From Octopus bimaculoides (Eukaryota): 64,000 nt of DNA. Below the pieces are notes generated by a model, which saw only the letters and a list, made by a program, of their open reading frames with translations, did not search any database and was not told the DNA's origin. Positions 1 through 12,579 of this stretch are shown here, in pieces. The stretch covers positions 70,812,189 through 70,876,188 of the forward strand of contig NC_068990.1 in assembly GCF_001194135.2 (NCBI RefSeq), written 5' to 3'. Within the stretch, counting starts at the first letter, position 1, and each line of letters begins with the position of its first letter. The translations under genes were made by a program, and so were the position numbers.

Positions 1-2913
1 ACAACTCTTTGTGCATACATCAGAATATCATCACATATTGAGAAACTACTTGCATTTGTATTTTTATTCTGCTTGTTTTTTAAAGCTTCTTTTATTTTTG
101 TAATATACTCATCGCTGACAGATTTCATTCTTATATCCTGTGCAGACACTGACAGTTCTTAGATAACATTAGTCAGAATACTTTCTATTTCATTTTCTAC
201 CTGCAGTGCAGCTATCATGGTATCTTCTAGAGGTTCCATATTTTTGGTAATTAGTCTCAATAGTCCACATGACCAATTTTTTCTAATGAACATTTTGAAA
301 TTGTAATTTAGTAATATTATACCCCAATGTTGTAGTCAGTTTGCTGTATGGGTAGCTAACACTTTCTTAGACCCATAAATTGATAGCAATGGTCGATGAT
401 CTGTTTGTAACAGAAAACTTCTACCATGTGGAAACTTGTGAAATTTTTTTACAGCAAAGATAATCGATAGGGCTTCTTTTTCTATCTGACTGTATTTTTT
501 CTCTGCCACTATCAGTGAGCATGAAACATGAATCACTGGTTTTGTACTTCCATTTTTATACCTGTGTAGCAAAACTGCTCCTATTCCTTACTCCAAAGCA
601 TCAGACACTACAACAATGTCCATTTCTGGATCAAAATGCGCTAGACACAAATCTGTGATTAGAATTTTTTTTATTTCTTCAAATGCATTTTGACTTTTAA
701 CCAACCAATTCCACTTTACTTCTTTTTCAATAAGTCATTCAATGGAGCTCTTAATTTGTGCATGTTAGGAATGTAGTTTTGGTAGTAGTTTACCAGCCCA
801 AGAAACACTCGTAAAGTTGGTATATTTGTCGAAGTAGGCATATTCTTTATTGTGTCTGCCCTCAACGGGTCAGGCCATCTACCATCTTTATCAATTATTT
901 GCCATAAGTACCTAATTTGAAGCAAAAAGAATTCGCCTTCTTCTTCACTCAAAATGAACCCGTACTCCTCAATTTTCTTGAACACAGCTTTTATATGCTC
1001 CACATGCTGTTCACGCAAATTACTCTTAATATAGTGTCCAAATAAGGGATTGCAAATTCACAATCAGATAACATAGCGTATATGATTTGCTGAAATATTG
1101 CCAGTGCAACCATTAATCCAAATGGTAACTAGGTATAGCTGTACACTCCACAATGTGTATTTATTGTCAGATACTTTGAGTATTTGTCATTTACTTTAAT
1201 CTGTAAATAAATGTCAGACAGATCCAATTTGGAGAAAATTTTTCCACCATTTAATTTTTGCAAAAATGTCCTCTGGAGCTGGGAGTAGATGGTGGCATGT
1301 TTTCAAGCAGTCATTCAATCCTGTAGAGAAACTGGTACACTTTTCGTTTTAATGCACACTGTGGGCACCGCCCACTTAGAGTAATCCACTTTTTTAATGA
1401 TTTCACTCTTTTCCAGTTTGTCCAACTCTTCATTTATGATTTCAATTGCCATGAACGGTATTTTTCTGTTAGATTTAAATACAGGCACAGCGTTTTCGCT
1501 TACTTGAAAGCAGGCTTCAGTCTTTTTACATAGAGTTAAGTCCTCCGAAGAGGAAACATCTTTTTCAATTTTTTTTACAATTCCTCACACAAATTATTTT
1601 TAATGGTACAACCATTTAGGTTTTTGAAGTAGAGACTTATGGGGAGGTGGCATAAGTCAAATAACTCCAACCAATCTGTACCAAACAGATTGGTTGTATT
1701 CTCCACAATGAATACTTTTGCTTCACGTTTCTCCTCAAACTGTGATGTCTGTACACATTTCACTCATGAAATATAATTTATTGTCCGTCACACCACGCAC
1801 AATTTTTGGTTTCCCAATTTTTCTCCATGTATCCACATTTATGATTGAAATATCACTATCCATATCCAACTGTAGTTTAATATTTACACCATTTATTTTT
1901 ACGTGTACAAAGTTTATGTTTTTTTGTCGCATTCACTTTCTACTGAAAACACCTTAGAACTTTTTGCATTCAACCCTCGTGATCTTGTCTTGCAGTGTGA
2001 GCTCTTGTGATCAAGTTTCTGACAACTGTAGCATGTTCAGTTTTTAAACAGACACCCTTTTCTGAAGAATAGGCCTCCACATCCATAACATGGTTTTGGT
2101 TGTACTTTCTGGGTCGGCATATCTATATTTTTGTGAAACCTTTCTCTTGAATTTTTTCCACATTGTGCTTCAGGTTTACCATTACTTGGCATTCTTCTGT
2201 AATGGTGTGCAGGGTTAAGTCTTGGTTTGCTTACTCCATTTTTGAGAGAATCCTTGCCTGAATTTCTCTAACTTTGGTTGCCATAAGGCCTTGTATGAAG
2301 ATAAGGGATTTAAACATATCCTGAGTGAGTTCCTGAAGTTTAGTTTTCACATATATAGTTGACTACTCTGGCAAATGTAATAAAGACATCATCATCATTT
2401 TTTGTTAAGTTTCAACACTCCATTCATGTGTTAAATAACAAAATTTTGTCACAAAAGATCTTTGATAGTAATTCAATAGTTTCTTGGAAACTAATCTCAC
2501 TTGACTTTTTGGGCAATATAAAGTTACAGTAGTGTTCATGCTCAGCCAGAGCTACCTTGCGTAGTGATAGCCTCACTTTCTTCTCATCTGACCATGGCTT
2601 GCAATCTTTGTTAAAAATTTCCTCATACCTTCTATAGTATACAGGAAAGGTAATACCCTCCTCCAGATCATAAGTGAATTCAGAAATTGAGTTTGCCACA
2701 CTGTCTGACGTAAGCAAACTTACCAAATTTTCAAACTTCCTTGACTGTAACTCAATTAACTGTTGTTGTTGTTGTTGTAACATTTGCTTCTGCAACTCCA
2801 GTAGTTGTTCCTGAACCTTCTCTTGAAGTTGTATTACTGCAGCCAATAGGTTCTCCATAATTTAACAATTTGTATGACACAAATTGTCAAATAACCTATG
2901 TGAGATTCGAAAA

Positions 2914-2928
2914 ATCCTCATCAGCAGA
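2914..2928 (-). promoter_or_regulatory. Decayed primer-binding site
   Basis: TCTGCTGATGAGGAT immediately after the LTR CA end; resembles TGGCGACGAGGAT-type Gypsy PBS after CpG decay. Confidence 0.5.
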
Positions 2929-3288
2929 TGTTATATGCTTACGCCGCCAATATCGTAGTATGGTTGATATTGTTGATGAAAGATAAAGAATACACTGTAA
3001 CCGAGTTATAACAAAACAAAAATAAAAACAGTGGCAGTAACAAACACACAACAACCCAACAATCAATATTTCCAACACACTAACTCGAACTGTAAACTGT
3101 ACCTGGACCTTGAAGACCAAGCTATGAACTGCCAACTACATCAGACCACTACTATTTATATGTAGTGGTCCCATCTTTTCTCGTCAGAGGGTGTTGTACT
3201 CTCACCACAACATACAGACATACAGAGAAGCACATTTGAAGATACAATAAACTCTATGTGTTGGTCCAGCAAGCACCTTAACCTTACA
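2929..3288 (-). repeat. Putative 5' LTR of the Gypsy element
   Basis: TGTAA...TAACA termini on the minus strand, TATAAATA near 3155, directly followed by a PBS-like sequence. The second LTR is outside the window, so the outer boundary is not confirmed. Confidence 0.55.
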
Positions 3289-3337
3289 ACCATGTTAACT
3301 CCTTGTACATAAAGAAATTATGCTTTTTACATAAATA

Positions 3338-3775
3338 GGTACAGGCACGAGTGTGTAGCTAAGAAGCTTGCTTCCTGACCATATATTTTCAGGTTTTAGT
3401 CCCACTGTGTTATATTTTGGGCAGGTGTCTTCTACTACACTGACACACTTGTGAGAAGATTTGGTGAGAAGAAACTGAAAGAAGCTCATTACATGCGCAT
3501 GAGAGAGAGAGAGAGAGAGAGGTGTATGTGCACATACCTTTGTCTTGATATCAGTAATGGTTGTAAACGAGCATAGAAACTGTTATAGAAACATTGTTGC
3601 TTGTTTTTAGTAAAATATGTCTGGGCATGGGAAAACATTATGTTACTTGGAAACAGGTGAGGGTTGGTTACAGAAAGGGCATCCAACCATAGAAAGTCTG
3701 TCACAATGAATTTATCTTACCCATGCAAGGAAGGAAAAGTGGACACTAAAATGATGATGATGATGATGATGATGG
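3338..3775 (+). mobile_element. tRNA-derived SINE with RTE-type 3' tail
   Basis: Decayed tRNA-like head (gtgtgtagctaagaagcttgcttcc...cagtcccactg), internal (GA)n, tail aagggcatcc...ggaaaagtggacactaaa(atg)n shared with the RTE tails in the window. Confidence 0.75.
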
Positions 3776-4202
3776 ACATCTATATGAGATAAGAATGATA
3801 TCTTAAAATGTTAGTCTTCACAACTGGTAACCCATCAAATCAATGAAAATAAAATGAACAAATAGATAACCATGACAATTGTCTACAAACAAAGTGGAAA
3901 TATTTCCTATGAAAAAAAATGACTACTTATTTCTTTACAAACATTTTAATTTCTGTTCTAGAAACATTTCCCTATTGTTATGGTTAGTGATATTTGCTTC
4001 AAAGGAAATTGAATCATTTAACAATCAATTTAGGATAATTTTTTTCCTCTTTATTGCTAATGCTCATTCTATGGTTTTCCACCATTTTATAAAAAGCATC
4101 ACATGTGTTCATTTAGATACCAACCATCTATCTATTGCTGAAACTGCATCCTAAACATTTCAGCAGAGGACTAATTTTTATTTTTTATTATTATTATTAT
4201 AT

Positions 4203-5880
4203 TTTATTATCAGAATAAATTCCTTGCTGTATTTGTTCTGGCTCTTTATATTCTGAGAATGGGCGGTAGTGGCATGGCGGTACTTTTCGGAAGAGTCTGG
4301 ATCTTGAAGTAAAGACAATATTCGTAGACCCGGAGGTTAGACTGGTTGTCCTGGATGTCAACAGCAGCGATGGGTGTGCTTTTTGACTCATATCAGTCTA
4401 TGCACTGCCTTTAACAGGTCGGCTGGATTTCTTTCAACGTCTAGAAGTATTCCTAGGAACGTCTCATCCTTTACTTTTAGTGGGGGATTGGAATGCTACC
4501 TTGGACACGCATCTAGACTACGTGGGCAGAGATAGGAATAGACGGGGATGCAAATGCCTCAGAGACTTGCTCAAATGCTTTCAAATGTCTGACAGGGTCC
4601 GACTCGACCACCTGAATGTGCCAACGTGGACATGGAGCAACCGCATCAGGTTGTTGAGATCATATCTAGATAGGATACTGTGTAGGACAGTAAATAAAAA
4701 TAGCGTAGGGTGTCCACAATTCCACATAGTCAGCTACACGGATCACAAACTTGTGACGTGTACGCTAGACTTAGATAGGACACATAGGCAGGGTCCTGGT
4801 TACTGGAAACTAAACGCATCTTTCCCGTCGAGACAGGTTTTCAGAGACCGGATTAGCACGCTAGTAAAGAGGGCATCAACAACAAATGATGGTTTGCCCT
4901 CAAGAGAGCAATAAAAGCAGAAGTGATTAGGTTTGGCAAAGCACTAGCCATAGATAGAAACAGAGTAGAGGGTAACCTAGTTAAGAAGCTAGAAGAGGCG
5001 ATTAGAAGTGGCATAGCATCCAACGTTTTGGCGGCAAGGTTGACCCTCGACTTCAATGCCAAACATGAAGGGTGTGTTATCAGGGCTAGGATGCATGCTC
5101 TAAGGAACGAAGGCATTGGAGCCGTGCGAGAGGTCCAGGTGGCGGAGGCGTAACAGGGCAACAAAGCCACTATTCGATCTCTGGTAGATGAACAAAGGCG
5201 AGAATTACTCGAGCCAAGTAAAATGTGTGATGCTTTTCAAAAGCATTTTGCCCGACTGTTCGGGATGAGTGGTGAGCGAGAACACAGGGTGGACTTCAGT
5301 GACTACCTGCACAGCCTATCACAACTCTCGACAAGAGAGGCAGAGTGCTGCAAAGGTGCCATCATGACGGCAGAAGTGCGGGACGTGTTGGCAGAATGCT
5401 CGAGGGACAAATTGCCAGGTTTGGATGGTCTACTCTACGAGCTTTACAGTTGTATGCCAGACTTGTTTGGAGATGTCTTGGCACCCATTAAAAGGAGGGC
5501 TGGGCATGTCATGGTTGATGATGCGCAGATATGCGCTGAGACTGCAACATCTCCGGCTCTACGTAGAACAGGTGTGGTCGCTGTTTGTGAGGCGCACTTT
5601 ACTGCAGCTCGTCTCCATAACCAAACTGCAGTCATGGATTAAAAAGAACACGTCTGAAAGATCTAAAGACAAACACTTTCCTCTCTGGTGAATCTCTCAT
5701 CAACTTCTTCAAGTATCACTTGAAGAGGAAGGTGAGAGTAGAGAGGGAAGTTTTGCCTTGTGAATGTTTCAAAAAAAGAAAGGTGAATGTAGCAAGGATG
5801 GCACGTGTGAATGATGGAGCCACCTTGAGCATAATCCTATGAACCAGAAAAAGAAAGGAAACAAAGAGAGTCACTTACTG
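4203..5880 (+). mobile_element. L1/Tx1-clade LINE ORF2 remnant: endonuclease, linker and C-terminus, RT core deleted
   Basis: APE motifs GDWNATLD, SYLDRI, SYTDHKLV and the L1/Tx1 GPGYWKLN motif. RT N-terminal KLPGLDGL at ~5410, then an abrupt jump near 5485 to C-terminal-type sequence ending ...ATLSIIL* and an A-rich stretch. Confidence 0.85.
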
Positions 5881-5904
5881 TAATGTGTTTTTTGTATGAC
5901 ATTA

Positions 5905-6016
5905 TTGCATCAAAGGTGCACCCTGATATTGTATTTCAGAGTTTCCTCTTCCACTGCTAACTTGGTCACCTAGGCAACAGAAGCTACGCCAATGTGAGGG
6001 TGCACCTTTGATGCAA
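5905..6016. repeat. Perfect 20-bp inverted repeat enclosing a 72-bp spacer that contains an RTE LINE fragment
   Basis: ttgcatcaaaggtgcaccct (5905-5924) and agggtgcacctttgatgcaa (5997-6016). The minus strand of the spacer reads SFCCLGDQVSSG, like RT subdomain 7 at ~10780. Confidence 0.85.
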
Positions 6017-6040
6017 GCTTGATGAAGTGCAACTTTAATG

Positions 6041-6160
6041 TCTAAAACTGCAAACATTATGTAAACTTTCACTTCGAGTTATTGCATAAACTGATGTTCT
6101 AAGCAGAGCTGGCACAGAAACAGTCAAAATGAAAATTTAAATAATGTTTGCAGTTTTAGA
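6041..6160. repeat. Perfect 20-bp inverted repeat overlapping a ~115-bp degenerate direct duplication (to ~6240)
   Basis: tctaaaactgcaaacattat (6041-6060) and ataatgtttgcagttttaga (6141-6160). The block aaactg(c/t)aaacattatgtaaa...aagcagag...cagaaaca occurs twice. Confidence 0.85.
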
Positions 6161-6681
6161 AACTGTAAACATTATGTAAATTTTCAATTTGAATTTTTGT
6201 GTATACTGGTATTGCAAGCAGAGTTGATACAGAAACAATTGTAACAAATAATTAAAGATGAGTTAAAGGATTTCTTTATCTTATTATTTGGATTATAATT
6301 TACTCTTCGCCACACACAATAGTTTTACCACCATGAAACCAGGAGTTTCTACACTTGAAGAATTTCAGTATTAGTCTGGAATCCAACAGTGCTGATAGCC
6401 CAGAGCTCAGGTTGAATGCTTCTCTGGAAATACCCAACCAGGACCTAAGATATATACACACACATGCAGGCAGGCAGATAGACAGACAGACAGACAGACA
6501 AATAGACAGATGGATCCACACACACACACACACACACAGATTATTCTTCATAAGTTTGATGATGAGAGTTCAGTTATTCAATCAAGTAAACTACTAGCTC
6601 ATTGAATTAACATGTAAGTGGCTGAGTAATCCAGACCCATGTATCCCTGACTTAATTCTCAGAGAGAATCAACATGACACA

Positions 6682-6725
<44 letters not shown>

Positions 6726-7699
6726 ACATGCATGTGTGTCTGCATGCGCATGACGAGGTTGTACTATTTGAATTACAGGTACAATTCACTAGATGGGTTT
6801 CTATGCAATTTCCATATACTCAACTTTATTCATAAAGTATGAGTCAATACAAAGCTATAGAAAATGTCATTTGCCCAAGTTGCCGAACAGTGGGATAAAT
6901 CCAGGACCTCAATACTGCAAAGTGGACTTCTTGACTGTTTGGATAGGGACCTATCCTGAGGCAGCATTTTATAGCAGCTGCATACTCTCCCTGTTACCAA
7001 CTTGGTTTTTTGAGTAATGATTCTTTATTCCGCTGGTCTTTGAATGCATTAGTGACAAGTCATAATATCATACAGACTGTGACAAGTGAAGCCAAGGAAA
7101 GTCAACATTCATGCACATACTTAGTTACTTGCAAACAAGGATGACCTCCTGTAGTTTGTACCACACTTTTGCTAGTTGTCATAAGTGTCTATGTAGTTGC
7201 AAGCTGACACCCTCTAATCACCCAAAAAAACATTGAGGATGCAATAGCTGGAAGGAGAGAGGGCTTTAACAGCACTCAGTTGATACTAATTTTCAGCTCG
7301 ATAGAAATGTGAAACAAATGGCCTTGCTTACAAGGTCATATACCTTTACATTAACGTGCACACATAAACACACACATATATAAACATATACAGACATGAA
7401 CATTATAAACACAGCTAAAACTCTAAGAAAACAAACTCAATATTTTGTGAATGTTTGAAAGTAACACAGCAAATATGACCATTCCTAGGCTCCTTGCCAA
7501 TGATGTAAATATGTAAGTATAAGAACAGAGAGTCAATTGTAGAAACACTGCATTGTAATCAATAAATATCAAAATAATGCAGCAAATTGTGGCTTGTTAA
7601 TTTAATCAAGAATATCTAATAAATACACAATTTTACATTCTTAATTGTTTTAATATAACCATTTTAACCCCTTAAAACTATTATAAGACTGGTTGTAAG

Positions 7700-8450
7700 A
7701 TTATAGTCTGTGACCCACAATAGCTTGTGTCATAGAAACTTGCAACTGTCTTCTAGGTTATAGATCTTTGTCTCCTCTCTCTTGACATAAGCATCGTCTA
7801 GTGTGTTGTTTTGAACTTATGTCTGGCTAGTGATCTTTCAGCTTCCTTCATTCTTCAGGTTGTTTTGTGTCTCTTGGTCCATTGACTTCTTACCTTGATG
7901 TCACTAATCTCTAGTCTATGCTGAGTGGTACATTCTTCACTGGAGAAAGTCTATCTAGTCTGTTTCCCATTGAGTATGAAGTCTGTACCATTGCCTGTAT
8001 GGTAGGTAAACATGTAGCTGCCAGTTTCCTAAAGTTAATGTTGCAAACAGTTAATTTATCCTTCTTCATTCCATTCATAACCTTAGCCTTCTTACACATC
8101 AGAATAGTCATCTTAGTGTATTAAAGTCCCCAGCCATGATAACAAGGTCACTGCTATCTGTAGTCTGCAAAGACTCTTATAAAAACAGTCTTTTTGTTCA
8201 TCAATCAATCCAAATTATGCTGCATAAGCAGAGGTCATTTTTGCTGTGGTGATGTCTGGTTAATCTAACCTTATTTATTCTGTCAATATATTCTGACTAT
8301 TTCAATTACTTTGTCTATCCAGTTCTTGGCGAACAATCTGCCTGTTCCACAAACTTCAGCAGTGTTGCCCACCCAGAATTTGTTCCTTATTTGTGAGGAA
8401 TCTGGCTGAAGCTCTCAACTTACTGCTTGTACACAGTACACATCTACTCA
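7700..8450 (-). mobile_element. Highly decayed non-LTR retrotransposon remnant, possibly R4/Dong-like
   Basis: Minus frames give YVKREE...NLED and IQAMVQTSYSMG, reminiscent of the RLY...GGRGL..ED and YS.G.I.W motifs of post-RT regions. Many stops. Confidence 0.35.
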
Positions 8451-8750
8451 CTTCCACTATAACTTCTGGTATATATTAAATATTATATACAAAAACTGAT
8501 AATATGTTCCAATATTCTATAATCAAAAAAAGGTAAAATTCAATGCATATAAAATGGATTTTGAAATTGAAACTTCAACTTCTGTAACTTGTACATTTCG
8601 TAAAGCCAAAATATTTTGAGTGTACTAAACTTTTTCTTGTGTTCCATATTAATGTATAAATTTTACACAATGTGAGCTTAGTAACATGTTCAATGTTAGT
8701 TCAGAATTCAGAGTGAGATATGGCAATGAGAAACTATTAAACCATTTTAA

Positions 8751-8942
8751 CACTTTAGCATTCAGATTCACATTGTTTTGAATTAATCACACATTATCTC
8801 ATAGCTTTGAGACTTTGATAATCTGATTGCATAATTTTAGAATTATATTGTAGTGTAGGTGCAAGAAGTTGGATCTGGTGAATCTGAGAATAAAACAAGT
8901 AGGAGATATTGGCCAGATATGGATGGTTTAAATGCTCAAGGG
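8751..8942. mobile_element. TTAA-type (piggyBac-like) MITE
   Basis: ttaa|cactttagcatt ... aatgctcaaggg|ttac: imperfect short TIRs and a TTAA-like target site. Confidence 0.55.
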
Positions 8943-9599
8943 TTACATTTTCAACATCCCAATCACAAATATACAGAGCTAAGTTTCAATAAGTGAATAC
9001 AAGATTTTAGCATGCAAATATATCATACATTTTCCAATTTCAGAGAGGCTAAGTTAATCCATGAGAATAGTAAGAATAAAGTTAGAAGCTTGATTGGATT
9101 ACTTATGGTTTCAATTTTGTTTCTCTAGTTTTGATGAAAAATATTGCTTTCTCTACAAAATTACTTTTGTATCCAATCAAAAGAAATTATCAAAATACCA
9201 AACTAACCTACTATGTGTTATGGTTCTAAAGCTGGTATCATACTGTCTATGAATTAAAACTTTCAATTTTCTCTCCTCCAACTTTAAACCTAAACTTACT
9301 AGATTAAGTCATTGAATTGTGGCCATGCTGGGGCATCACTTTCAAAGCTTTGGATCAATTATATTGACCCAATATTTTGATACTTATTTTATGGTCCTTG
9401 AGAAGACAAAAAGAATAATGGAATTATTATTCAGCAGGAATAATGAGGCCATAACTAAATAACAGAAAGTATATCTGCTTGACATTCTACTGATTTTGCC
9501 ATCTCCTGCATATATATATATATATANNNNNNNNNNTATATGTATATATATATATGTATACACATGTGCACGCACACACACACACACACACCATTCTAT

Positions 9600-9750
9600 T
9601 CTACACAATTCCATCTACCAGATTTCGCTCATATGATTTGGTCAATCTAAACTATGACAGGTGGTGTATACCAATGTCCTCTGCAGTGGAATGAATCCAA
9701 AACCATGTGGTTGCACAGCAAACTTCATAACCACACATCTATGCATTTGC
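9600..9750 (-). mobile_element. tRNA-derived SINE 5' part
   Basis: Reverse complement resembles the gcatggctgtgtggttaagaag...ggttcagtcccactg head at 32202. Confidence 0.55.
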
Positions 9751-10589
9751 CCACATATCTATGTAAAAAATTATTATTTTTATCATTGGCAACTTCAAAA
9801 CATGCCAGTTGAAGAATTGTTTACTTTGCAAAAGTTTTTAAGATACAATAATCAGTATAAGAAAACTAAAATATGAAGTGTATCTATATACAACAGATAT
9901 CCTTTAAATACTTGCTTTCACTATCTATGAACTAATGTCACAATGAGCTACCATATCTATCAGAAATGCTTCTTAAAGTACTACATGCAGGCAATTTTAT
10001 GGCCTATCATTCAATACACAAAAAAATTAAAAACCTGCCAATATCTAAAAATTTTGAAATGAGCTAATTCAACTTTAGATTAAAAAATTTCATAAACATG
10101 AGTTTATGATAAGTTTAACATTCAGCCTAGCCTTCACAAAATCTGATATTAAAATTTATCACCATTGTTTTTTCTCTGCCAGTATATGTTGACTATGTTT
10201 TTAATATGGTATATTACCATTTCACTAGGCCTGTGAGGGCCAGTATCCATGTTTTCCTTCATCTTTCTGAAGCTACTTTCCAAAATCAGCACATGCCCAT
10301 ATTTAGCTAATGTCATTTGCATTACATATTCTCTATATTAATACAGCTGACTTTTCAGCACATATTTCTTAAAGCCTTTCAACTCCAGTCACTTTCTCAG
10401 TTCATTTGCGTCCCACATTCTCAAGAATCTTCAGTTTGTTAATCTAAGTCAAGTGATGTTTCCACTTGAATAATTATTTTAAGAGGAAACATTTACCTCT
10501 AATAAATTACCATGTGCATACAGAAAGTGAGAATCAAAACAAAAAGAAATACATTTATTCATAATACATTCCAACAGATTCAAACAAGA

Positions 10590-12140
10590 ATATGCTAATT
10601 GCTGTCCTAGTAAGTAGGAAAACAGACAAATCACTAATCTCTTCAGGGAGATGGGTCTGCTTGATATATAGAAAAGTTGTTGGTGAATGTGTAGGCACAA
10701 TAAACACAAAGAATGTACATGAAATAGATTTTCCCAAATGTCTGGAGGTATTCTTAGAAGTAGATAGTTTCCATTACCAAGGTGACCAAGTTAGCAGTGG
10801 AGGTAAATAGCTTCTGTTACCTAGGCAACCAAGTTAGCAGCGAAAGTATAGCTGCTAGAATAAGAGTGGGTCAGGTAAAATTCAGAGAGCTACTATTTTT
10901 GTTGGTAACAAAGGGCCTTTCCCTCAGAGTGAAAAGGCAGATTGTATGATGTCTGTATATGAACAACTATGCTACATGGCAGTGAAACACAGCTGTGACT
11001 ATAGAGAACAAGTGAAGGCTTGAAAGAAATGAAACCATCATGTTCCACTGAATGGGTAATGTCAGAGTAAAACGATATAAGAGAAAAATTGGGTATAAAA
11101 GGCATCATATGTAATATGCAAGAGAGAAGACTGCACTAGTATGGTCATGTGATGCATATGGATGAGGACAGCTGCATAAAGAGGTGCCAATCTCTAATTT
11201 TGGAGAGAACCTATGGAAGGGACAAGCTCAAGGAAAATGTGGGACAAAGTGGTGAGAAATGATCTTCAGAGGAGATAACACCGGGACTGAGACTTCTGGC
11301 AATTTGCTGCACTTGAGAAGATATATCAAGGTAAGTAATATTGTGACCATCCATACATACAGGTATGTCATTTATGGCCAACCCCCCTGTCCCCCACACA
11401 TATACTCTCTCACATCCTATTTTCCTGTCACTCCACCACCTGCTGCAAGCCCCTCCACTCTCCCTCACATGCCTATTGCACTCTCCATGCCCTTACATAT
11501 CTACCATACCCCCACTTCCCAGCTATTCCAATTCCTCTCTCTAAACATCTTCTCTCACACTCTTATGGAACATCTCCCTCCCCTCTATCCTACAACATAC
11601 ACTCCCCCCCCCCGCTGTTCCCTGTGGTTAGGTCTTCTCTCTAAATCTTTCCAACCTTCCCTTCTTTCCTAATCCTACTGAGATAGCCAAGTATCTCCTA
11701 TTAGTAAGACACCTATCTCTCATCCACTGTCACACTCAAATCTTTTGCCAGCCACACAGTCACTCCTTCCCTCAGCTGAGAAGTCTTTGTCTTGCAAGCT
11801 ACTTGGTGACCCCATAGGTGCTGGTGCAACATAAAAAGCACCTGTGCTGGTGCCACATAAAAAGCACCTGCGCTGGTGCCACATAAAAAGCACCTGCGCT
11901 GGTGCCACATAAAAAGCACCTGCGCTGGTGCCACATAAAAAGCGCCTGAACTGGTTCCACATAAAAATCACCCATGCTGGTGTCATATAAAAAGCACCCA
12001 GTATACTCTAAGTGGTTGGCATTAGGAAGGACATTCATGTTGTAGAAATTAGAGCCTGGTGCAGCTCTCCAGCTTGCCAGCTCCCGCAAACTGTCCAGCC
12101 CATGCAGCATGGAAAACAGATGTTAAATGGTGATGATGAA
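10590..12140 (+). mobile_element. 5'-truncated RTE-clade LINE: ORF 3' end, pyrimidine-rich 3'UTR, 26-bp VNTR and (GAT)n tail
   Basis: LEVDSFHYQGDQVSSGG, ...LHGSETQL, RRLH*YGHV motifs; tail ggttggcattaggaagg...cagcatggaaaacagatgttaaatggtgatgatg. Confidence 0.85.
11820..12001 (+). repeat. Tandem array of ~7 x 26-bp units (gctggtgccacataaaaagcacctgc)
   Basis: Units start at about 11820, 11846, 11872, 11898, 11924, 11950 and 11976. Central units are near-identical, outer ones diverged. No unique spacers. Confidence 0.95.
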
Positions 12141-12579
12141 ATAATTACGCATATATATAAAATCGATTTTTCAAAATCTCTTTATTTTTTCCATACTGAT
12201 GGAATCAGAAGGATTCAAGCATGTTTTCACAAGTTTCAGTTTTACATCAATTATTCCATAATAATGTTTTCCATATCTATTTTATGCACTTCTTCCTAAA
12301 TTTACTGAGATTTGTCTTTTTAATGAGATCCTCACACCGTCAATGTCCATCACTTTTCCTGCAGCTTATATATATATATATTCTATTTTACTGATATGTC
12401 TAAACTACAGCTGCTAGCTCTCAACCTCACTTCTGTTGCTCGTTTACTTTTCGAATTCCCTTAAGTTCAGTATCACTCAGATGTCAACATGACAAATCAA
12501 AGATATTCGACAATACATTCTAATTCACTCATCACTAGATTTGAATTCATTAGAAATGCGATTGTTCTGATTGTAAGTG

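Larger units (their letters stand above)
1..3288 (-). mobile_element. Decayed Ty3/Gypsy (Mag-like) LTR retrotransposon, 3' part beyond the left window edge
   Basis: Domains in order: gag (2424-2858, FxxYYRRYEEIF); zinc knuckles (CYSCQKLDHKSSHC near 1990-2100); protease (KLQLDMDSDISII, 1735-1932); RT (YLDT for YLDD near 1040; FLGLVNYY...PLNDLL); RNase H (VSDA, YSQIEKEALSIIFAVKKFH, LQTDHRPL). Many stops and frameshifts. Confidence 0.93.

Noticed and set aside
11820-12001. CRISPR-like array of palindromic repeats
   Set aside because: Units are directly adjacent with no unique spacers, there are no cas genes, the context is eukaryotic, and the array is part of an RTE 3'UTR.
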